DNA from: Podarcis liolepis
Lineage: Eukaryota
Strand: one strand, 5' to 3'
Length of the DNA: 64,000 nucleotides
Assembly: GCA_965112155.1 (NCBI GenBank)
Contig: OZ218107.1
Position 1 is the first letter of the stretch, and each line of letters begins with the position of its first letter. The translations under genes and the position numbers were made by a program. The notes under the pieces were generated by a model. That model was not told the DNA's origin. It saw only the letters and a program-made list of their open reading frames with translations, and ran no database searches. This document shows positions 37,737 to 50,205 of the stretch, piece after piece.

Positions 37737-40700
37737 TAACAATTATAGGTGTGCCGGACAGCTGCTGCTTTTGCTATACGGGACATGAGCATGCATTAAC
37801 TTCCACCCCAATAGAGCACTATAGCTCCACAAATGCTATTTAGAGAGGTGATTATAAACCAGGCCAGTTTCTCCCTTGTACTGTGATGCAATAACAAAAA
37901 AAGCTGTTGAATATAATTGCTATGGAGATGCAAAGCAGAAAACTACCAAGGTGCTCCTAAGACCAGAAAGCTCTCTCAGGAATGTACAGGGCTCATTTCA
38001 GCAGGCACCTTCATTGTGTGCAACAGAACAAAATGCACAAGTGGCAGCTCACAAGAAATGTGAATACATAACAGTATTTTGGATACAAGGCAGCCAGAGC
38101 ACTGTCTGTCCAGAAGTATTTATTTATCATGAATGTGCTTAATGTTGCCTTCTCCCCCTCTGACAAATCTGAGAGTGCTTTGCATTCTGAAGGACCCACT
38201 GACATCAGTAACCATAATATTCCACACAGTACTGATAGGACTTCATTTGAAATCCAGTGTTCTTGGCAATAAAAAAATGGTCTTGCCAAGTTGGAAAAGA
38301 GTGAGAGGAGAGCTTACATGCTGTGGAATCTAGGAGGCAGGTCATATGTCAAAAGGAATAAAGAAACTGGCCCAGTTTTGCTCAGAGAAAAGAGAATTAA
38401 AGATCAATATCTGTTAGGAATTTCTAAGCAGCAAAAACTGTTGCCTGGATCAGATGCAATGATCATGGCCTGAGAACAAGCTGTATACCAGATTCTCCTC
38501 ATATCTCCCATTCCAACCTCTTCCTGCATGCCCGACTTATGAAATCACCGTTTCACATAATGTCTGAAATGGGATACTAGTTTTAAGTGCACTTAAAGCA
38601 ATAATATTAAAGTAGTAAAAGCAGATTCTCTGAGTGAATCCTAATGTGGGAGTGGTAAGATACTGAGAGAAGCCACCACTTCTTGAACTCTGAAACCTGG
38701 CTCTTTTTCATTATTAGTATTTTTCTCCACTTAGCTTTTTAATAATGTTTCCCTCCCATTGGCATTAAAATTACTTTGCCATCTCTAGGACAGGTGCAGT
38801 CCAGGGGCATGTTGTGAGGAATGAGGGAGCCTTGGACCCAAGGCCACCAGAAATCAACTCCCCACACTATCCCTTGCAAGCCCAATGACTGACGACTGAT
38901 GACACAACACAGGTGGTATGTCTACTCCTGTGAGGCTTTCTGTGGGTGTACCAGCAGGTTGTCTGGGGTTATAAGTGCTGCCTCACCAGTTGATAGGCAC
39001 TTAACATTGCTTCCTAAAATCTGATGAAAATTAGGTTTGCACCCTGAGGCTGCAATCCTATACTGACTTGCCTGAGAGTAAACCCCAATGGCAATGACTT
39101 CTGAGTAGACAGGTATAGGGTTAACTTTTTTTCCTAACTCCAAGAGCAGGTTAGTAAAATAACAAGCTATCTAGGGCAGGGATTTCTAACTTTCTATTCC
39201 CGTGGCCAGATTAAGCTATCTGAAATTACTGAGGTCCATCAGTCACAAAATGGTGGCAGATGGAGGCAGAGTTTGACATAATCAGCTGGCAATTACTCAC
39301 ACCATTCCTACTGATATTCCATTTCTGGATATTGCTACCTTTTTGTCATAGTAGCTTTTGTGGCAAGGAGTTTCTTAGCTTGGCTTTCCTCAAGCTATGT
39401 ACCAAATTTCAAAGGATGGCTATGTTTCGATTCTTGTATTGTTTTAGAAAGTGTGGATTAGGTAGGCTCATTTTTCAATTAGAAATGAACTGAATTTCTC
39501 CCTCATCCAGGTCCACTGTTTCAGAGACATTGATTTAAGCGGAATTGTAGACTTTCCTTCACTGGATTTTTTAAAAAAAGAAATTCTGGTCAGGCATCTC
39601 TTGGGAATGCATAAAGTACAGGTGATTCTACCTCATAGGCTGGGGACTGAACTCCTTGACCCAGTTTATAACTGTATGCTCAAATGTAGGACTCTTTTAA
39701 ATCACTTGCAAGCATCAGCAAAAGAGCTGGCATTGGGCAAAGGTTCAAACAACAACTAGGAATACAGTTGTTTTAAAAAAAGAAATGCATTCTTTTTTTA
39801 AAATTTCATGCACAACATTTCATCTTTTCATTTCCTTTACATACCAAATCTCACTTAAATCCGTTTGGAAACTATTCAGCTACTGATTTTCCCTTCCCCA
39901 CCCATATACCCACATCCCCCCCCCCATATTTGCCATAGGTTGATCTGTCAGGAGAGGCTGCTGAAGCACTGTTGATTTGCCCTCAGCCATGCCTGGGTAG
40001 TGCAAGATTGCCCTCTGGCCAGCAATCAGAGCAAACAGATTCTCCTAACTTCTGCCTGACTGCATCTGTTCCAAGTGCTGCCATGCACAGCAAATTAGCA
40101 ATCTTTTTTTCCCCCTTTCCCTTTTTTAATGTGAAACAGGTGTTCAGGTCATAAGCTCCCATTTTTTATATATATGTAAAAATATGTTTTCTCATCCTGA
40201 ACAAGTATTAACCAGTTTGACAAGTTACTTTTTAGTTAAGTATTGTGAGTCAAGATTGTCTGTTTGGGCCTTTGTGTGGATGTGTGAGAAGACTTCAGTT
40301 GAGGGCACACAGAAATGTGCTCATAAAAGATCAAAATGATAACAAAGAATGTTTTATTGTGCAAATTCATCCACATTATATTATTTAAAGATGTACTGAA
40401 ATGCTATTTAATTAAATATGACTCAATAGCAGAATGCACATTCGACTTGAGCAGTAAAAATAGATCTGCCACGAGATCTTACTCATCTTGACAATCGTAG
40501 TGCTGTGTATAAGGAAACTTCTCAGGAAAATATTTTACTCCCCATCAAATCCTGAATTTGACACAAATTCTCACCCTTGCCCTCAATTACTGTCGGCACA
40601 AGCACTTCATAGACAGAGCATATGTGAGAAATGGGATCATCTTAATAGATGGTCCTGGTTGCGGGCAGGCCCTCAAACTGGTTTCCCCCTCACAACCTGG

Positions 40701-40839
40701 CATGGGTGGAGCTATCACCCTTACGCCAGGGTGGCACCACAATCACCCAGGGCTATTGCCCAATCATTTTGAAGGGTGATTGTGGGGGAAAGTATAAAAG
40801 CGGCAGCGCGACGTGTGCCAAGCTCCTGCTAGCTCATTA

Positions 40840-41097
40840 CAGTGGTACCTCGGGTTACATACGCTTCAGGTTACATACGCTTCAGGTTACATATGCTTCA
40901 GGTTACAGTCTCCACTAACCCAGAAATAGTACCTCGGGTTAAGAACTTTGCTTCAGGATGAGAACAGAAATCGTGCTCCGGCGGCGCGGCAGCAGCAGGA
41001 GACCCCATTAGCTAAAGTGGTGCTTCAGGTTAAGAACAGTTTCAGGTCAAGAACGGACCTCTGGAACGAATTAAGTACTTAACCCGAGGTACCACTG
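40840..41097. mobile_element. Tigger-like Tc/mariner MITE, young
   Basis: Perfect 18-bp TIRs cagtggtacctcgggtta / taacccgaggtaccactg; TA TSDs. Confidence 0.92.
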
Positions 41098-41468
41098 TAT
41101 CAACCTTGCATACTGACTATGGATACATACTGAAACTTAATGGCACTTGTATCACAAGTAGCATGCAATGTGGAATAACGTGAGCATCACTGACAACATA
41201 ACGTTGGATCCGTGTTCCAACAGGGCTATTTTGAAGAGGAGAAGGAGATTGACTTTCCGTGTTTTGAACCACATTTGTTGAGTTTTCAAGAAATTTCTAG
41301 TCAACATACTGGCTTAACCCAAATATTTTACACTAGATAGTTGAATGGGCCCTATGTATAAAGTATCTGTGCCAAAAGTAAGCATGTATATGCTTAAAAG
41401 GGAAAGGATAACTGTTTGAATTCTGAGCCTAATAATAACAATGCTGTTCAAAAGGAAACACAATGTAA

Positions 41469-41822
41469 AAAGGTAAAGGTAAAGGGACCCCTGACCATTA
41501 GGTCCAGTCGTGACCGACTCTGGGGTTGTACGCTCATCTCGCTCTATAGGCCGAGGGAGCCGGCATTTGTCCACAGACAGCTTCCGGGTCATGTGGCCAG
41601 CATGACTAAGCTGCTTCTGGTGAACCAGAGCAGCACACGGAAACGCTGTTTACCTTCCCGCTGGAGTGGTCCCTATTTATCTACTTGCACTTTGACGTGC
41701 TTTCGAACTGCTAGGTTGGCAGGAGCAGGGACCGAGCAACGGGAGCTCACCCTGTTGCGGGGATTCGAACCACCGACCTTCTGATCAGCAAGTCCTAGGC
41801 TCTGTGGTTTAACCCGCGTCCC
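41469..41822 (-). mobile_element. Sauria SINE
   Basis: Full body; degenerate TSD agg(a)aacacaatgta (~41453-41467 and ~41825-41838). Confidence 0.93.
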
Positions 41823-44239
41823 AGAGGAACACAATGTATTTTCTTCAAATATGCTGGTTTTGTTTTCTATTATTTGTTTTGGGAATTTAATTTCAAATGC
41901 TTGCTCCTCAGAAATGACTTATTTTTAAACCTTGCTGAACACCAGCAAGTGTGAATTTTGAAGAACGGAGCTTCAGTTTGTTGGTTGGTTCAGGATATAC
42001 AAATTAGGTAGGTTCTTATTAAAACAAGCAAACTTCTCCACCATTTCAATTCATTTCAAGAATTGCCCCTTTCAAACTTCACATCACAGTCCAGTATCGT
42101 ACACGCCTAAGTCTGCATCATTCACACATTGCCCTCAGCTGCTTGGGATTGCATTGAGGGACAGAAGCTTCCATGTTGCATGTGGATGGCACCTATTTCT
42201 CACTTTAAGATGTAGGGCATCATACCAATTTCATCTGAAACTCTTATTATTCCTCCCCTCCTTTTATAGACCCTACGAGGGAACTCCCGGTTGTTGTTTT
42301 TCTCTCTTCTTGGTGACATAAACACGCTGATTCCAGCACTCATCTCTTTCTGCGGGGCTGCTACAACATTGCTCTTTTTCATCACAGTCTGCTCTGGTCG
42401 ATTAGACTCATTACTGTGCACAGATGTCCATGGTCATCTTTCTAGATAGCTACCATTACCTGAAGGTTAATATTGCTTAAAAGTAACTTGCATATTTTTT
42501 ATTTTATTTATTTTTTTTGACTTTATTACCACCCTTCATCATTAGATCTCCCAGTGGTTCACAAGATACAAGGTAAAAGCACAAATGAATCGTTTTTTAG
42601 TGTACAATTTAAAAAGAATGTCTTGGACTTTATGTCTGCAAATAAAAAAAGTACTATAGAGTCCCTTTACAAAGCCTTCACTTATAGAACCAACCTCCAC
42701 CTATCCTTTACTAAACATGCACTTCTGAAAAAAGTGAATTCACTGTAATAATTAATTTATTTATTTCTTAAAATTCAAAGTTTTATTAAGTTCTACAATA
42801 AAAGACAAAGAGCGCACACATACAAAGTCAGAAAAACCCCTCTCCCAACAGAAAGCATTTTTCTTGACAACAAAGCAGACATTTAGTAAATTTATATAAT
42901 TTATTTGCAAGTAGTAGTAGAAGCTAATTTAATGTTATGGGGCATAGCCCCCCCCCCATTTTATAGTATAATTGTTACTTGGCAAACTCCACATCTGGGA
43001 TTTTCCAAATGCAGCTAATTTTAACACAGGGTGAGTATTTTGGAATCTGCAAAATTAGGACTATATCAGCTTCAAAATTGGAGAAACTATTGTTTTTAAT
43101 GGATGTTTACCAAAAATTACATTGGAGAGAATGGAGTAGATCGTTGCATTCAAGTAAAGCTTTGACTTTTCAAAAGACACCAGTTGACAGTTTCCCCTCA
43201 AGAGCTTCCAGTGTAATTTTTCAGTGAAGAAGGGGGCAAGTACTGTACTATAATTACGGTAATTGATACACATTTTCAGACTCAGCAGTGCACAATAAAA
43301 CAAATCACTAAGAACAAAGTCAAAACTCACTTTGTATTACTTTCTCATTTAACACTGATACCTTGTTTGGATTGAACAAGGAGAAATGTATTTTCCGTAC
43401 AGATCACTTGTTACAGAATAATTTTTGGCAGCTTGAGATTTCATCCACACTCAAGTCTTAGAGCCACTTTTCAGTTTATAAACTATTTTTCTCCAGCAGA
43501 CTTAGATTAATTTTTTTCCTCCGTATTCTGATGTTTAATACTTTTTGACATAGATAGCCTGATGGTTCCCAGGTTTGATTGGACTACCAAATCTATTAAT
43601 CCATTTCCTTTCCTGCCTCAGGGAGCCATTAGATTTAATGAGGCAGTCATCATCACATACTTGAGTCACACTGGCAATTGGCTTCCTGATAATTGGATTA
43701 GCGGAATACCCTGGGTTGGAGGATTCACTCTGAGTTTGCATATTTATGTATGAGCTATTTTGTTCTGATGTATAGCTTATATGAAGTTCAACTTTCTGTA
43801 CCCAAAGGTGTGCATTATCTATGCAGGGTTACATAAATCTGATTATAGCATAGGTAGCCAAGTCAGCTCACATAGACGAGATGCATTCCACCAAGTCATG
43901 TTTCTTAATAGTGTTCTTATGACATCTAATGTAAATGATGAGGACAGAAGGGAAAGCATTCTGGCAGCTCCTGATTTCAGGATCATTGTTTGCTGGCAGC
44001 TCACAAAACTAGAATTTCAATACCTTCTGGAAGCATGGTCTTTTTTCTCTTACTGGTACTTAGCAGCTTGAAATGTATAGAAGGCTACTTTGCCTTTTTT
44101 TAAAAAAATAATAATAATTTTGTTTGTCGTTTTTTTTTAATTCGTTGTTTAATGTCCTAGTGTTTGTTCAGATATAAAATCATGTATTTTAGAGAAAAAG
44201 AAGGGAGGGGGGAGACATTACCACATTTGGTTATATAAT

Positions 44240-44614
44240 GCAGGTGGCGCTGTGGTCTAAACCACTGAGCCTCTTGGGCTTGCCAATCAGAAGGTTGGTG
44301 GTTCAAATCCCTGCAACAGAGTAAGCTCCTGTTGCTCTGTCCCAGCTCCTGCCAACCTAGCAGTTCAAAAGCACACCAGTGCAAGTAGATAAATAAGTAC
44401 TGCTGTGGCAGGAAGGTAAACAGTTTTTCTGGATGCTCTAATTTCCGTCATGGTGTTCCATTGCACCAGAAGTGGTTTAGTCATGCTGGCCACATGACCC
44501 GGAAAGCTGTCTGTGGACAAACGCCAGCTCCCTCAGTCTGAAAGCGAGATGAGCGCTGCAACCCCACAGTAGCCTTTGATCGACTTAACCGTCCAGAAGT
44601 CCTTACCTTACCTT
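44240..44614 (+). mobile_element. Sauria SINE, second subfamily
   Basis: Head gcaggtggcgctgtggtctaaacc (A box) and ggttcaaatcc (B box); tail cttaccttacctt. Confidence 0.92.
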
Positions 44615-45130
44615 CAGATAATGCTTACGGACCACCTGAACAATATTCATCGGATCAGGTAGAAAGAGTTTTGTGATGGTACAAGGGAATAATTGGTCTT
44701 GCTGGTGCTGTGACCAAATTGTGCAGAAGCATCCGATCTCTTATCATTTAGTATGACCAACCAAATTAAGGGACAGGGAATCCTTGGTGTAATTGTGGAT
44801 TTTAAAGAAACAATTACCATATTTTTCCATGTATAACATGAGGCTTTTTTACTGTAAAATAATGTTCAAAATTGGGGGTCATATTATACATGGATAGTGC
44901 TGAGGGATTGATTGCAGCCGCAAGCAGGAGCTTGTCAGCGGTAATTGGGTGGATGAATGGTGACTGCGGCAAGGGCTGCTTTGGATTGGCTGTTGATGCA
45001 GTAGTTGGGTTGGTGATTGGTGGCTGCAGCAAAGGCTGTTGTGGATTGGCTGCCACTGCAACAATTCTTCATATGCAAAATAAAAAAATTCCTTCCAGTA
45101 GCACCTTAAAGACCAACTAAGTTAGTTCTT

Positions 45131-45169
45131 GGTATGAGCTTTCGTGTGCATGCACACTTCTTCAGATAC
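45131..45169 (-). ncRNA. Minimal type I hammerhead ribozyme (PLE-associated)
   Basis: Reverse complement reads GUAU-CUGAAGA-A-GUGUGC AU GCACAC-GAAA-GC-UC^-AUAC: canonical core, stem I GUAU/AUAC, stem II, palindromic AGCU stem III. Confidence 0.75.
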
Positions 45170-45180
45170 ACTTCTTCAGT

Positions 45181-45219
45181 GTATCTGAAGCAGTGTGCAT
45201 GCACACGAAAGCTCATACC
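45181..45219 (+). ncRNA. Hammerhead ribozyme copy with a core substitution (CUGAAGC), probably impaired
   Basis: gtat ctgaagc a gtgtgcatgcacac gaaa gc tc atac. Confidence 0.55.
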
Positions 45220-46319
45220 AAGAACTAACTTAGTTGGTCTTTAAGGTGCTACTGGAAGGAATTTTTTTATTTTGACTATGGCAGACCAACACGGCTACCT
45301 ATCTGTAACTGGAACAATTCTTCATATGATTACCGACTGCTAATTGCAAGTGGGCAGACACTTGGCTGTTTGGCAACGCATGTGATTGGCAGCATTTGTC
45401 AGTGATTTTTTGCCTCACCCCCCAAAAAAAGCTCAACAATTCTGGGCAATCCTTCCCCCATTTTCTTAAATTGGACTCCCTCAAAATAGGGGTTGTCTTA
45501 TACATGGGGCCGTGTTATGCATGGAAAAATAAGGTAAGCAAACGTATAAATGTATTTCAGTTTCTGCATGGCACTTGGAGAAAAATTATCAGTGACATAA
45601 CATTTTCACCAGCTGTTCAAACATATTTGTGTGTACAAGTTTCAGTCCTCTGGCTGCAGTTAGGCATGCCTAAGCTCATTGACTTCAATGGGCTAATATT
45701 AGATATTTAACATCTATGTAAAAGATGTTAAAAAGTAGAGAAGCCTTCTGTCTCCTTGGCTTTTTATAATGTAAAGAACCTTTTTTTATAACATACCTGA
45801 ATAATAAAAGGATATAATTTGATAAATAAACAGTCCAAACTAGAATGACTCTTGTTTTCCTTTAAGAAGAGGGACTCAGCAAAGGTTTATTAGAAGGCTG
45901 ACTTATCTTTGTGTATTGATTAGACCATTAACCACTTACCTTGCTTTAAACAGCAAGGATACTTGATTGCAACAGGCTACTCCAAACATGCCCTGGGGAA
46001 CTACAAATAGAGATAGCACAAAGAATTATGACAAGTGATTTCAGCCTTTTAAGAACACTCCAACCTATTCAGTAACTATGTTAATTTTGCTAGAAGAAGA
46101 AAGCCACTATATTCACTAGTATAACTGTGCTAGAAAAACCAAAATGTAAGTTCACATTAATTGAAAATTGTGGGGGATATTCTAAGCTTGACTTTTAAAT
46201 TTTGAATTTCACAAGTGTTAAATAGTGCTTTTGAAATCTGACTTTGAGGAGCAACTTTAAATAATTAGCACATCACCAAAGGCTTCTGAGTAAGCTTAGC
46301 AGTCAAGGAATCAAAGGCG

Positions 46320-47085
46320 AGGTCCTCTTTTAGATCACAAATTGGTTAAATTGAAGGAAGCAAAGGAATAAATTGGCAGTTCTCCCAATGGAGAAGTTGC
46401 CCCCCCCCCCAAGAATCTGTATTGGGACCCATGCTTTTTTAATGTGCTCATAAATGAGATCAAGTTCAGTGTGAGAAGTGAGGTGGCCATGTTTGCTGCT
46501 GATATTAAACTGTTCAGGGTCATTAAAATAAAGAGATATCATGAAGAACTCAAAAAGAAACTCTCCAAACTAAGTGAATGGGTGGTAAAATGGCAAATGT
46601 ATTTCCATGTAAACAGGTATAAAGTAATGCATGTCGAGGAGATGATAGATAGATAGATGAAGAGTTTGGATTTGATATCCCGCTTTATCACTACCCTAAG
46701 GAGTCTCAAAGCGGCTAACATTCTCCTTTCCCTTCCTCCCCCACAACAAACACTCTGTGAAGTGAGTGGGGCTGAGAGACTTCAAAGAAGTGTGACTGGC
46801 CCAAGGTCACCCAGCAGCTGCATGTGGAGGAGCGGAGACACGAACCCGGTTCACCAGATTACGAGTCTACTGCTCTTAACCACTACACCACACTGGAAGA
46901 TAGATAGATAGATATATGCTTATGTGGTCTGACCAGCAGTGCAACACTAGGGTGGTAGTGGATAGCTTGATGATGATGTCAGCCCAGTGTTCAACAGTGG
47001 TGTAAAAGGCAAAGTCAATGCTAGGGATCTTTAGGAAAAGAAAGGAAGATAAAAAAAATTATGTTGCAATGCCATTGTAGAAATC
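46320..47085 (+). mobile_element. Decayed CR1 reverse transcriptase fragment interrupted by a SINE
   Basis: ORF 46444-46656 INEIKFSVRSEVAMFAADIKLFRVIK...LSKLSEWVVKWQM.F.V..KVMH matches the CR1 FADDTKL region. Confidence 0.88.
46658..46896 (-). mobile_element. Squam3-type SINE
   Basis: Near-identical to the 14535 and 29449 copies; TSD gatagatagataga (46644-46657 and 46899-46912). Confidence 0.9.
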
Positions 47086-47114
47086 TAAAATAGCATAAAA
47101 TGGTATAAATGGCA

Positions 47115-47810
47115 TAAAATAGGCCTTTATTGATTGCAGGCGTGAGCAGTTTGGCTTAGGCAATTAGGTGAAGCAAGACTATATCCTGACTCCTGCCCAT
47201 CTGCAGGAAGTCCCGAAAGGGTCCACCACTGATAGGGGGAGCCCTATGATATACATCAGTTAAAAGCACCCCAGGGTCACTGATGGCATGGCCCATGCCC
47301 AGGCTTTCAATGGGAACCACCACCCCGGATCCCTTTAACGGGATACCCTTAACGTGGAGGGGCAGGCTGGAGGCAACAACCGCCCCTCCCATGACAAGGC
47401 TTACCCAATGCCTAACCTTACAAAGTTGTGACGATTGCTATTAAGTAGGCGAAAGCCAAATGGCTGGTGCCAATTTGCCAAGTGGATAAATTCCTACCCA
47501 GCCCCAACAATCAGGCAACCAACCTGAGTCATAGCAAGACCATAGTCAAGCAACACAAGAAAAGAGGGTAGGCGGGCTGGGAGATCTGATGGAGGGGAGG
47601 AATGGAGGCCACCCCCAGCCATGCCAAGGTTTAAACAGCATGTAGCCATGCCTGTGGCTAACCCAATTGGTCAGCTAGGGGGCATTATGTGGCTGGGAGT
47701 CCTAATGACGTGGGCAGCATCCCTCTGACCACAGCAGGGTCACTGGGAGGTCCCGGATATCTTCCCGCAATGCGGCTGCCCCAAAAAGGACAGCCGTCTT
47801 CTGCCCTGGT
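47115..47810 (-). mobile_element. GC-rich LTR-like (Ngaro/DIRS-like) non-coding repeat
   Basis: On the minus strand CCAAT (~47668), tttaaa (~47632) and AATAAA (~47128) occur in LTR order; sharp GC shift; no TG..CA ends or TSD found. Confidence 0.45.
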
Positions 47811-49281
47811 TTACTTTGGCATATTTCTCCCATGATTCTTTCCCACTTCTGCAGTAATCAGTTGTTAAAATTTTCATACATCTATTTAAATGTGTATTTA
47901 AAAGTTCATTTCATCTCAAAAACACATTTTAAATTTGTGATCTGATACAGTTAAACGCTTGAAAACATGTGCAGAAGTGCAAAATCCAGTAGACAGGTAA
48001 GTTCCAATCTGCACAAGTGTGGATCAGGCCAATTCAATTCCTGTTGGCATTTGTAAAGATTAGATCTGTGTGACCAACCAAGGGCCATGGAGCACTGGCT
48101 GAATGAAGTTGCATTAGAAAAAAAAATCCATTCAAAAAGAGGTTTGGACCTTAAGGCCATTCTCTACAGTCCTCTGTGCACATAAACATATGCAAATTGG
48201 CAATGCCCTCCCCCTTTTTTATTCAGGAAGGGCAACCTTATCTGCTTTGATAACTGAAATGTGTGCAAATACTGAGAAGTACCACAAAGACTATGGAAGC
48301 AGCTGAGTTAGGCTATCCCAAACAATAAATCAAAGCCGCATTATTTAGTTGAACTCCAGAGATGAAACACCTAGAGCAGCATGCATATTTTTGTTGATTT
48401 AAAGTCCTCAATGAGCTTGAAATATCATCATGCTCTGAAATGAAATCTGATAGGATTGAAAAGGAAAAAGATCAGAAAGGAGGCCTTGCCCCAGCTAATC
48501 TAACGCTCAGCAGCATGAAACAATTTAGAGCAAATAGCCTGTCGCTATTCTGCACCACATCTTATGCCCTTAAGAAGAAATGAAATACGATCCAGAAGAT
48601 AATGACTGAATAAACAAATAAAAAAAATCTTCCAATGGGGAGAGTGGGAGGTATATGGCTTGGAACATTGCTAATGGCTGACTTCGCTGCAATACACCAG
48701 GGAGCCGAGGTTGAATAAAATATGTTTAGCCTGGATCCGAACTGCCAGCCTCCACCCTTTGATTAAAAATAAAAACCGTTGTATCATGACATTCAGCTTC
48801 CTCAAACCTGCAGCCCTGATGAAAAAGCATTTTATAGAGCGCTACACTGCATTACATTCCAGACATAATGGGTTATGCCTAGTTTTCTCCTATGTAAATG
48901 GGTGTTGTAAATGATTGTTTGCATGCAGCTTGATATCCCTTATGAAATATTATGGAGAAATAAATAAAAGATGAAAGCTGCAAAATATATTGCTTAGCCA
49001 ATACTAGACATTGGATTCTCTAATGAAAAAGTGCTGAATCATTATCTGGGAGCTGACATAATTTCAGATTCATAACTTCTGCAATTTTATGCTTATAGCC
49101 CACGAGGAAGGACCAGCCACTACATTGCTTTTACAATGGAAAAGAATAGAGTTCACGGTAACGGCTTCTGAAAACCACATGGTAAAAACACTGGCTGCCC
49201 CTTTTTGATGGACTAGTGTAAAAGTACTGAAATAAAATTGAAACTTACTGTAAAAAACATTGTGAGTTATGTTATTTACCT

Positions 49282-50153
49282 TAATTGAATATCTGTCTGG
49301 AGGTGGTTGGAGGATGGATGGCGGCTAACAGATCGAGGTTGAATTCTGACAAGACAGAAGTACTGTTTTTGGGGGACAGGAGGCAGGCAGGTGTGGAGGA
49401 CTCCCTGGTCCTGAATGTGGTAACTGTGCCCCTGAAGGACCAGGTGCACAGCCTGGGAGTCATTTTGGACTCACAGCTGTCCATGGAGGCGCAGGTCAAT
49501 TCTGTGTCCAGGGCTATTTACCAGCTCCACCTGGTATGCAGGCTGAGACCCTACCTGCCCGCAGACTGTCTCGCCAGAGTGGTGCATGCTCTAGTTATCT
49601 CTCGCTTGGATTACTGCAATGCGCTCTATGTGGGGCTACGTTTGAAGGTGACCTGGAAACTACAACTAATCCAGAATGCGGCAGCTAGACTGGTGACTGG
49701 GAGCAGCCACCGAGACCACATAACACTGGTCTTGAAAGCTCTACATTGGCTCCCAGTATGTTTCTGAGCACAGTTCAAAGTGTTGGTGCTGACCTTTAAA
49801 GCCCTAAACAGCCTCGGTCCAGTATACCTGAAGGAGCATCTCCAACCCCATCATTTTGTCCAGACACTGAGGTCCAGTGCTGAGGGCCTTCTGGTGGTTA
49901 CCTCGCTGTGAGAAGCCAAGTTACAGAGAACCAGGCAGAGGGCCTTCTTGGTAGTGGCACCTGCCATGTGGAACGCCCTCCCACCAAGATGTCAAAGAGA
50001 AAAACAACTACCAGACTTTTAGAAGACATGTGAAGGCAGCCCTGTTTAGGGAAGCTTTCAATATTTAACGGACCATTGTATTTTAATATTTTGTTGAAAG
50101 CCGCCCAGAGTGGCTGGGGAAACCCAGCCAGGTGGGTGGGATATAAATAATAA

Positions 50154-50203
<50 letters not shown>
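49282..50203 (+). mobile_element. L2 LINE 3' portion (ORF2 C-terminus, 3' UTR, (TTA)n tail)
   Basis: ORF 49285-49767 WMAANRSRLNSDKTEVL...LGVILDSQL...HALVISRLDYCNALY...KLQLIQNAAARLVTG...LHWLPV. Confidence 0.95.

Positions 50204-50205
<2 letters not shown>

Larger units (their letters stand above)
45076..45312. mobile_element. Penelope-like element terminal (pLTR) fragment in inverted duplication
   Basis: 96-bp arms 45076-45171 and 45179-45274 (1 mismatch), 3' extension cagaccaacacggctacc; 16-bp TSD aacaattcttcatatg (45060-45075 and 45313-45328). Confidence 0.85.
44817..45534. mobile_element. Tc2/pogo-like MITE hosting a Penelope insertion
   Basis: TIRs ccatatttttccatgtataaca / tgttatgcatggaaaaataagg; TA TSDs; internal ggattggctg-type minisatellite. 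Confidence 0.8.

Noticed and set aside
42204-42459. Minus-strand exon-like segment (ttcag|...AAA|gtgaga) overlapping a 73-aa ORF
   Set aside because: Stops in all frames from the acceptor, no recognisable protein, weak polypyrimidine tract.
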